NCBI GenBank assembly: GCA_965153455.1
Contig: OZ234493.1
Coordinates: 12,886,213 to 12,950,212 of the forward strand
Direction of reading: 5' to 3'
Origin: Sphagnum compactum
Lineage: Eukaryota
Length of the DNA stretch: 64,000 bases
Below the pieces are notes generated by a model. The model worked only from the letters and a program-made list of their open reading frames with translations. It had not been told where the DNA came from and did not search any database. The translations under genes and the position numbers were made by a program. Position 1 is the first letter of the stretch. Every line of letters starts with the position of its first letter. This document shows, piece by piece, positions 1 through 10,700 of the stretch.

Positions 1-1829
1 GGACAGGGCCTCTGTCCTGTCTTGCTGATCATGTCGACCCTGAAACTTGTGCACATGCTGCTCATTCCAGGGCACCTAATGCAACAAGGAAAGCTTCTAA
101 TTGGTAAAAGCTCTATTTCATTGGCACCATATGAAAGATGCAATGGAAAGACCCTCTCATCATTCAACTGAGCCATCTCCTTGCTCATCATAGAAGAGCC
201 CCCCTGCAAGACAAACTTGCTGGACTTCCGAGGACCTGATGCATTGTAGCCTGTTTTTGGCCATAGTGCTCCAGTCAAGTTCTTCAAGTTACTACGCATG
301 GCACAATGATGTCTGTTTATTCTCAGAGCACATTCCGAGCTTGTCTGACAGGTTCCTTTTGACCTTGCTTCAGTCTCCCACACCTTATTCTTGTGGTCAC
401 CCTCACTAACAGCTTGCATGGCACCATTCCGCAAACTTGCTTGCTGGAAAACTGCCATCCTCTCCACTGCCGAAGCACACCAGTGTTGCGGGAGCCATCT
501 GTATGTCATCCTTGCACCTCATTGCCTCCTCTCATTCTGACAGCTAGCTAATTTTGCAATGGTTGATAGAATCCATCAGACATTATTATTTTCCATTGCA
601 ACAATGCAGAAAGAGTTGAAACTCATTCAGAGCTCTGTACTGTGTCCAGTGCTGCTCATCCACTCCATTTGTCACAGCTGACCCCTACCCAAATAGAGCA
701 TCAGTTCCACCTGCTCATCAACAAGTGACATCAGGAGACATACAAGTAGACAAGACCACCATGAGGAGAATCATTCAAGTGAAAAATCACATGAAAAAAG
801 AAAGCAGCTGATGCCCAACAACATACTTGGCTTATTAATGGATGATCTCTTTTTGCCGTTGCAAGCTTCTGCTTCCTTGTTGGAGGTGGACACAATCTGG
901 AAAACATGCCAAAGACAACAATGGTGAGGATGAGAGTCCTTCACCAAAAAAACCAACATCCCCACTATGACTTCTAACAGAAAGCAAATCAAGGACACAG
1001 AGAGAGATAAGCTATGATACTCAACCAGAGAATTCTTTAGGCAAGAGCTGATCAACTGGATGGGTGTAAAAATTGCAGAGTGTCACAACAACATCCGAAT
1101 CATAAAACCTGCGAAGAATGCACCCAGGACATGTCAGTTGACAGACAGATTTTCTGGAATCTCCTCTCTTATGAAACCATTTTCTGTGTCAGGGTTTTGT
1201 TCTTGACTGCTGCAAAAGGAACAACCTTTGCGGTTTTTAAGCATGCTGGATTTATTGAACTATAACAACATTTCAAAGGATTGAAGAAGAAGACGAAGAA
1301 GACGAAGAAGCCTGACTGAGGGAGTTCGAGACTACAACAAGAACAAAAATCGCTCTCTTCAACAAATGCAAATCTCACGTCTCCTGGTCTCATCAGATCT
1401 TCCTCGTCGTCGTCCCCTCCTCGGTAAGATGCGAGATGTTTTAGACGAAGATGATGTCCAGAGTTGCCGCGGAAGCTCTCACCTTTCGCTTGTTTTCAAC
1501 GCTGATGTGTGTGTGTGTGTGTTTCTGTCTCTCGCCAGAGCAAAGCTTGTGGTAGGGTTTGATCAATTTCCTCGCCTCATTCTTCCACAAAGTTGCTTAT
1601 GACATAAGAGATTTGCAAATATGGATGCATTGCTTGTCAGGACAGCAACTAGCTAACTGATCGAGTGATCCACACCAAATTTGTAGCAGGATGGTTGTTG
1701 GTGCCTTTCTTGATGCCTTCCAGAGTACGGCAAGGGAGCAGAATATACTACTGTAAAGATGTTATGTTCTTGTTCATGTTGTAGCTGCAGCAGCAAGTAA
1801 CCAAAGAAAGAAAGAGGAGGATCAAGTCC

Positions 1830-4800
1830 ACATTATCATTAATTTTTCTTCCTTTTGAGTACTATGGATTGTGCTGATTGTCAAAACCAATCTAAATTCC
1901 AGATATGGATAATGGTTATGGATATGTCAGTCTTCAAGTTTTGGTTGTCCCATCCACCTTAGGTGATGGTTACCACCTGCATTAGGAGTTGAACGATGGG
2001 AAAAACCCCAAGAACAATCTCATTTGCATCTAAATATCATAAAACTTTATCTTCAGAGACAATCAAAGTCTTCAAGTTCAAGTTCTATAGTCCCTGGATC
2101 AATTTCTGGTTGCTCCATATGTCCCATTGGATAATAGGTATATGTCATTGCAGTTTTCAATTCTGGCATTAACCCTTAACGCACAACAAGGACTAAATTT
2201 TGTCCACTTTTCAGTGTATTTCTCACATTCAGGGAAAATCATTCTTGCACATTGAGTTCTCACTCTACTCATCAGACAAGTCAGGAGTGAGAAAGTCACA
2301 GAAGCAAAAGAAAGATGACAGTCATCATTCATAAAACTGCTGCTGCAAAGGGTTTCTTTCAAGTCCATCCATGTTAATCGCACAAAATGATGTACACTCT
2401 TCACTGAGCACCCAAGAAAGTGTCAACATAAGAGAATGATGGAGGAATGAGATCCTTGCCACTGTCCCAATTGTACCAAAGATAAAGAAAGATGTTTATA
2501 TCAGAACATACTGATTAAATTCCATCACTTGAAGCATACTAGTAGAAGACATTGTTATGGATTCACCAGAACTGCCAACACCCTAATGTAGACATGCACA
2601 GGTTCAAACTAAAAGAAAGACACCTTCATCTTGTCTGCTTCAAACCAAAGCATAGCCACTCCAACCTCTGGGTACCATTAGACAGCTTAACAGCTCCAAC
2701 CAGCAGCTTCTCAGAGTGCCAAATCTCTGCACAACTTTTGAAACCATTTGTACACAATGTTTCACACTCACTTGGGGGGCAGTTGACCTTGGCCTGACGT
2801 TGGGGGTGAAGGTGGTGAATCCACACCTGCCTCCTTCACTAATTCACCAATGCTCTTCTCCAAATCATCAATGCGCGAACCCATCTCATCAAGTAAGGCC
2901 TGGTTAAGCACTCACATCTAACCCAACTGATGATGGACTATTACACCTCATTAAATCACAGGTTTCATAAACATACCAGAGGGTTTCACAGCACTAAGCT
3001 TTACAATCTGATGAAGGACATTTGAGGAGAGCACATCTTGCAACACTTAACCTCCTCTCTGGTTGCCAACCGGCAGCATGTTGTACAGGGGAAAAACTAG
3101 ATGGATCTTACCCTCTCTAAATCACCCACCCACAAATAGACAAGGATCAAAGACTAATTGACCTGATGCTTGGTGGAAAAGGATATTTTTTGAGATGATG
3201 GAGTCCGACATTGTTTGAAACCTGGATTGCTGCCAATGTGCCAGACAATACAGCAATTCGGCATTTTGCAAAATTTCAGTGTATGCCACTGACACTATGT
3301 CACACTCAGAATGAAGAATCATCTGGCTTTCAGCAAGTAGCCCACTGGATTTCCATATCTAAGCCATTCTAGCTACAAATCCCAGAGTTTCCAAAGCATT
3401 AAACTCATGTTTTCCAACATTATTCAACCTTTCGTCAAAAGTGAGAGTCCAAGCCAGTGGGCAGTTTTTCATTCTGAATGTTCTCAGATGGCTATTGCAA
3501 GATGATCACAAACATGCTCTTCTAAGAATAGAACTGTCAAAATGGTTGTACCGGCTAAAACACTGATGTGCAGCTTTTGTTTGACAGGACAGCAACTAGC
3601 ACAATGACAGCTTGGACAGAAACCTAAGGATCAAGGGTGACAAGAAGAACTGAACATACCATCTGCTGGAGAAGGTTTTGAACCTGCATAACCAACAGAA
3701 TAATCCAGCACAGTTTCAATTAACACATGCAGAATGATTATATTCCCCAAAGTGCTAGAAGAGTAGAACTGCAGCTCTAATTACAGTATAGGAGCTATGT
3801 TTCAGATATGAAATGGAACTCCAAATCTGAGTTTTTTCATATTAGGCATGGATAATGCTGCAGTTCCCAGGCAGTACAGTGCTCAGGACCACTTGCATCT
3901 ACAAACAAAACATCCAGAACAGGACTCTTCTTCAGCAATCATGATGTTACCCACCCTTTTCAATTCTAATCTAAATAACTCTCCTTTGCTTCTACATGCC
4001 AGTCACAGAATCTAGTGTCCTTTAAAGAGACTTCACAAGCAGTTGGCCATCTGAAATCCCTTTGCTGCATAACAACATGAGTGGTGCAAAACTTTTGTTT
4101 AATTGCATCATTAGAAAGAGGATTGCAGCACGTGCAACTTACAAAGGCAGTGAGATCTGCAGTACTCTGGGTCGAGTCACCTCCATCATGGCCTTGTCCC
4201 TGTCCATGCCTGGAATCCTGCCCAAATTTGATCACAAGAAAGCTAAACTTATCATTACATGCAAAAAGACAAAACCTCCAGAGCACAGATTTTGATCAAA
4301 AGCTCTGCTAGGTCTTTGGGATTAAGAAACAACATCATATTCAGGAAACCGCAGAGGGACAATGGTGTACCATTAATCAATCATTCAGGAAAAGAAACAA
4401 GCAACAAATGTGAACAAAATTGGCTGCAACTCTGAACAAAAAGCGAAACACAGACAAACAAGCCAAAAACTATTGCAAAATCAACAGGTTTCTGAGGAAC
4501 GTCTCACGCAGCCTCAACCCTAAACTGCTACATCCCTAATGAAAGAGAGTAGCAAGGTGAAATGGAGGAAGGCAGAGCATGTAATCACTGCCTAATTCTT
4601 GATCAGAAGGAGGCTTTTTGAAAAACCCTAGAAGCAAGCACACTGTCCTCCAAGTTTACTGAGTAAGAAAAATGACGCGGAGTCTCCTCAAATCTCAACC
4701 CTCATAGCTGAACAATCCTCTTGCAAAAGAATTTTAAAAACCAGTAAAAAAGCTGCAAATCCGTGGACTACCTTCCCCGGAGAAGAAGATGACGAACAAA

Positions 4801-5410
4801 ACATGAAACAAAAGCAAATGTGCCAACAAATAAGACTTTGGGGATGCTATCCCAAATGTCCGAGACGAACCACACCCATCCAGCCCCGCCCCTTCTTCAA
4901 CCCTCACCAATCTCACCAATCTGCTGAAAAACGAGACCGAGAGTCCAGAGAGTCATTTTCATGCTCTATTATTCCATCTCCGTCTTCTCTAGACATTGCG
5001 CGGTACTCGTGAGACGAACCGACAAGCACAAAGAAACGCAACAACAAACAAACACAACAAGACAGACTCACCAAAACCGAAAAAAAAACACTCAAACCAC
5101 AGACAGCCTCCTTCTCTACTTCCCCCGAACACCAACCACATTACACACAGACACAAAGACAGACAACACAACAGAGAGACATTCTTCGCTTCAGCAATGG
5201 CTACAACAAGATGATATGGTGGCGTCTTTGGAAGATGAGGGGAGGAAAGAGGCCGGTAGAAAGGGAAAAAAGACACTCACCATGTCGGTGTGAGATCGAT
5301 CTTTCTGTGCAGCGATGTTTGCACTTGTTGCACCTCTTCGTTTCATACAACAACGACAACAACAACAACAACAGAGAGCGAGAGTGTGTGCCCTGCGTTG
5401 AAAGATGATC
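1830..5410 (-). pseudogene. Decayed spliced gene, LRR-like fragments (tentatively BTB/POZ-LRR FBL11-like)
   Basis: The minus strand has several AG/GT-bounded exon-like blocks (donor ATG|gtgagt at ~5281; micro-exon VQNLLQQM at ~3660-3683). Peptide fragments such as HLRTFRMKNCP..LETL, VAYTEI..HIGSNPGFK, LEWLCFG and RIENCNDI..GATRN are broken by stops and frameshifts. The family call is from remembered motifs only and the boundaries are approximate. Confidence 0.3.
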
Positions 5411-5418
5411 AAACCCTA
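5411..5418 (+). promoter_or_regulatory. Telo-box (AAACCCTA) at the 5' end of the minus-strand gene remnant
   Basis: Exact AAACCCTA, with an opposite-orientation TTAGGGTTT about 40 bp away, next to the putative first exon. Confidence 0.3.
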
Positions 5419-6337
5419 AAAAAACGTCCAGGTAATGTGAACGCGCTTAATTTTAGGGTTTCCTAATCTTGATCAGCATCTTGATTAAAGAGACCAAAGT
5501 GGGAAATATGTTATGTTGATTTTTAAAAAAATAAAAATAAAAATATTAAGAAATTTTTTTTTTTACCAATTCCAAAAAGAAGGTGGTTAAAAAAGGCAAA
5601 ATTAAAATACCCACTCCATAGTCATGTGTAAAGGTTATATTACATTTTTTTTTTGGGGTTAAATGCCACTTCTCAAAAGATATTAATGAATTTAATGTTT
5701 AAAATGACTTTATTAAGTTTAATTAACTTCATAAACATAACATTGGTAAAAATAAATGTAAACTTATCAAATTTGATAAAAAAAAATTTAATAGATATTT
5801 CATTTTTGTTAATGTTGACTCAAGGATAAAAGGTGTCCATTCAAATCTTATATATAAATTGCCTTAGTCTGTCAGTCTGTCTGTCTGTCGAGGTCCTGAA
5901 AGTCGAGGTCCTGTCCGTCCGTCCGTCTCTCTGTCGAGGTCCTGAAACCCAGATCGGGACCCGTCTGTCCGTCTATCTGTCGTTCACGTCCGTTTCCGCG
6001 CAGCAACTGCCATCGTCGATGCTGCCTCAAATCCACCGCCACTGCAGTTCGTTCCGGAAATCTCCAAGCTCCCGCGGATGCTGCTGCTTCAGCAGCCAGT
6101 TGATTGCCACAACAGGCGCCCGCTGTGGTGTTTGTTTGGACTTTTGCTTCACTTTGATCCTCTGCTTTCTTTTTGCTCCTTCCTTTACTGCTGTTGAAAT
6201 TTCTTCTTTTGTCTTAGAATCAACTGCCGCATGTGCCTCTCCCATCAAGAACACCAGGCAGGCTTATCTGGTGATGATAATAATAATCGTAATTACAACG
6301 CTTAATAGCAGTGGGACGAGAAACTATTGCTGAAGTG

Positions 6338-6591
6338 CCGGAATATTGAGTACGCGTTGATCATCCGGAATCCGTCGGAGCTGCTGTAGTGATGTTGTCT
6401 TAATTATTTCTTTCACGGTGGACCTGCAATTTGTGTGATCTACGTCTTCCATCGACAATATTGACCGGAATATTGAGTACGCGTTGATCATCCGGAATCC
6501 GTCGGAGCTGCTGTAGTGATGTTTTCTTAATTATTTCTTTCACGGTGGACCTGCAATTTGTGTGATCTACGTCTTCCATCGACAATATTGA
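6338..6591. repeat. 127-bp tandem duplication (2 copies) inside the Helitron 5' region
   Basis: The unit CCGGAATATTGAGTACGCG...CAATATTGA starts at 6338 and again at 6465; one mismatch seen (gttgtct vs gttttct). Confidence 0.9.
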
Positions 6592-6937
6592 CCTGGAGTA
6601 CTCAACCTCTCATTTAGTGTGAGTTCGTCTCCTCCACTTTGCTCCTCTTCGGTCCAATGTTTGTGAGAGCCACTGTGTGAGGAGTGCCTGGTTTTTGATC
6701 TTTACTTAGAGTGGTGTCATTTCCTTCTCATCATGTTCTGTGCTTCTGAGAATGGATCATGGATTGTTCAAGCTGTCTGCGATTTAATTGTCCTCTTTTA
6801 ATCAGGTAGTGTAGCATGCGCTGTCTGTGACGTGACAATTCTGCTTTTTCATTCTATGGCAGAACCGGCCTCTGCATTTTCTATGGCAGAACCGGCCTCT
6901 GTATATTTCAAATGGCGCTGCCCAGGGTTAATACCAG

Positions 6938-6969
<32 letters not shown>

Positions 6970-7772
6970 CCGCCCTTTTCCGGCGGGTTCGCTGTGTAGG
7001 CAGGTATGTTCTTCCATACCCATATTTGATTCTGCTAATTATACCCGGAACTGATGGTTCTGAATTTATCCACAGAACCAGCGGGTATGTAATACCCCCC
7101 CCCCCACCGCCCTTTTCCCCACATTGGTTAATACCATGGTTTTTTTTTTTTTTTTTTTTTCCGCCCTTTTCCGGTGGGTATGTAATACCCCCCCCATCGC
7201 CCTTTTCCCCACATTGGTTAATACCAGGGTTTTTAAAAAAAAAATAATTGGGCAAATTTCTCAAGTAGGTCCATTGGCGAGGATCCCGAGCATTAATTAG
7301 CATTAAATGATGACGGTCCTACTCAGGCTATAGCATTTTTAAAAAATTAAAAATATGGCGAATTTAGTAAAACAATGCAGGGGCGCCTCACAGTGACCAA
7401 AGGTCGCGGGTACCCACTAGAATGGTGCCCAGAATCAGAGAAAAACTGCTACTGAAGAAGAAATGGCTACAGTGGAAGAGAGAGAGAGAAAGACATTATC
7501 TAATGGCGAGAAAAAGAGATTGAATGGAATTGGTTTTGTAGCGAGCGCGGTTCTAATTTGCGAACTGGGCTCCTTCGAAAGTTCCCTCGAAAGTTCCCGC
7601 GAGCTCAGCGTTGTAGGCAGGACGGTGGCAGCGAATTCTGAATGAAGATTTTCAGGTGGGCCAGCACGGGCGGGCGGGGCACGGAAGAGGGGCATGCCGG
7701 GGAGATCAGGTTTTGACCGGGGGCTTTGGAAGCTTCTGAACCTCCTGACATTCTGACAACTATTTAGACCGC

Positions 7773-10700
7773 ATGTCCACCGCAACCCGGCAGCAACAGC
7801 GGGACCGCGACCGCGAGCAGCACGCAGAGGCCCGTGCCCGACTAACAGACCAGGAGCGGCAGCAGTAGCGGGACCGCGACCGCAAGCAGCACGCCGAGGC
7901 TCGTGCCCGGCTGACAGACCAGGAGCGGCAGCAGGAGCAGGACCGCGACCGCGAGTAGCACGCCGAGGCCCGTGCCCGGCTGACAGACCAGGAGTGGCAG
8001 CAGGAGCGACATCGCGAGCTCGAGCAGCAGGCGGAGGCCCATGCCCGGCTAACATACCAACAGCGCCAGCAGCAGCGGGACCACGATCGCGAGCGGCACC
8101 GGCAGGCGCGGGGTCAGCAAGATTTGCACACAGCAGCTTGCGTCCCCCTTTCAGAATTTGATGAGGCCAGTGTTCCGGTGCTTGACATAGGGGGTAGGAC
8201 AGCTGAGTGCCAGCAGTGCCGAGCTATGATTTGGCCTGATGAGGCTTCCCGGGGACACGCAGACCTTTGCTGTGCTAAAGGCAGATCTTGCAGCTGTGAG
8301 GCCCTCTTCCCCATTCCTCCTCCTCAACCATTGCGGGACCTGCTCATTTCTGAGCCTGCCCCTGGTGCACGCCTCCCCCTACCACCGTATCTTTTCGCAA
8401 GCACATCCGGAAATACAATTCCTCCTTGCAGATGGCCTCCTCTGGCATTAACATCCAGTCACCAGCAGATGGGGTCAGTATGATTGCCATAAGGGGCGCT
8501 GTGCATCACTTGCTAGGGCCGTTGGCATCTCCTCAAGGGAGCCCCCATCAGTTTGCCCAGCTGTATATCATAGACAATGTGGATGCTCAGGCTACTGCCT
8601 GTTTTGCTGCTCTCGGTCAGGGCAACGCAGACTTGGACCGTCGCACTTTACAGGAGCTGCAGCAGATGCTTTTGGGGAGCAATGTCTATGTTCAACGCTT
8701 TGTGCAGGCCATGGATTTGCCCCCTCAAGACCTGGCTAATTATGAGATTATCATCCGTGTTGATGGCAGCATTGACCGCCTCCGCTACAACGCCCCCACA
8801 TCTAGCGAGGTGGCCGGCCTGATGCCTGGTGAGTGAATGGGGTGGCTGCATGGCTGCTTTTTGGTGCCCCATTTTGTGCTGTTTTTTATGGTGCTGGCCG
8901 TCTTAAATGCTACGTTCCTCGACAGCACGTTCCTTCCATCATCCAAGCAACTGTCCCGGCTATGCCTGATTTGTCTTCCCTTTTGTGCCTGCTCACAGGC
9001 GATGGTGACCCAGACGGTGACCTTGAAGGTAGCAATCCATGAGACATCAGGGTGCGGGCTAGGGGTGGGGGGTTATGGAGGATTAGTGATGCCCACTGTG
9101 CTTATGACCCTCTGCATTTTGTCCTGTTCCACCCACACGGAGAGCCCGGCTGGCACCCAAATATTACTGGCGCTACCCCTGCGGTTGTGGATGGGCTAAG
9201 CTTTGAGGACGAGCAACAGCAGCCATTTGAAGATGAGCAGCAGCCTGATGTGGAGCCGGCAGTGGACCCCGGGCGTGGTGGAGGTAGCGGCAGGGGTAGG
9301 GGCAGGGGCCGTGGTAGGGGTAGGGGCCGAGGCAGAGGAGCTGCCGCAGGGCGCATCGCTCGCAAGGTTACTGCCAGGGAATATGCGGCTTACTTCATGC
9401 ATGACCGCAACCCTCCCACCAACAGCACGTTCACTTATGGCAACAGGCTATATCAAGAGTGGGTGGTTGACCAGTACTCCAAGGTTGAGGGGCAGCGGCT
9501 GCGGTGGGTGCGCCTCAACCAGACCACCCTGCGTGCTAACCAATATAAAGGAATGGTAGATGCCATGCAGCAAGACGGGGTTAACAGCACCAACTTTGGG
9601 CGCATGGTGGTCCTTCCAGCCACTTTTGCTGGTAGCCCTCGCCACATGAACCAGCTCTACTAGGATTCCATGGCCTTGGTCAGAAAGTTTGGGAAACCTG
9701 ACCTATTCATAACCATGACGTGCAACCCAAATTGGTCAGAGATTTTGCATGAGCTTAGGCCTGGGGAGGAAGCCAACGACCGCCCTGATTTGACATCCAG
9801 GGTGTTCAACATGAAACTCAATGCCCTCCTCAAATACCTTTTGCAGAATGGTGTTTTGGGCACTACGGTGGCGGACATCCATGTGGTAGAATGGCAGAAG
9901 CGGGGCTTGCCGCACGGTCACATTTTGATCATTCTATGCAGCCAGGACAAGCCGCGTGATAGCAGCGATTATGACCGGATCGTGTGTGCCAAGCTTCCAA
10001 ACAAATCCACCCACCCCGAGCTTTACAACATTGTGACATCTCGCATGTTGCATGGGCCCTGTGGGGCCTTACATCCCTCATGTCCTTGCATGGTTAATGG
10101 GGCTTGCAGCAAGGGTTATCCTAAGACTTTCCAGCCCCAAACTGAGGACTCCACCGGCAGCTACCCAACCTACCGGTGACGGGATGACGGCAGGACCTTC
10201 ACCCACCCCACGTAAGTGCAGCTGTTGAAAATTTGGCAAGTGAGTTGCTCTCCTGTGCACCTGACCATAAGTGTCTGTGTCTGAGTCTTCCCTGGAAATT
10301 CATTTCTTCCAAATTCTTAGGCGTCCCAAACTTCACCTCAAGCATGATGATGTGAAAGAAGGGCGAAGCCAAACCTGCGAGAAAGGGACGCCAAGGTCAC
10401 TGACAACTTCTTGCTCCTGCCCCTTCCCCCTTGCAGCTCGGGCTTTGTCTTTGACAACCGTTGGGTCGTCCCGTACAACCCCTACTTGACCATGCGGTAC
10501 CAGTGCCACATCAATGTTGAGGTCTGCAGCTCCATCACGGTTGTGAAATACCTTTACAAATATGTTTACAAGGGTCACGACCGTGCTTTGGCAGTGGTGC
10601 AGCCGGAAGTTGGGGCTCTGCCGGTTGCAGCGCCTCAGGCGGCTCCAGGTGGGGCCGATGGGAACAATGTGCCTACCGCCCAGGATGAAGTCCAAAATTA

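Noticed and set aside
1638-3600. 16-bp exact match CAGGACAGCAACTAGC at ~1638 and ~3585
   Set aside because: Too short, with no extension into flanks, to support a duplication or element.
6908-7303. Poly-Phe and poly-Lys ORFs
   Set aside because: Products of homopolymer runs within repeat DNA.
7435-8055. 206-aa Ala/Arg/Gly/Pro-rich ORF on the minus strand
   Set aside because: Antisense shadow of the GC-rich 69-bp coding repeat of the Helitron.
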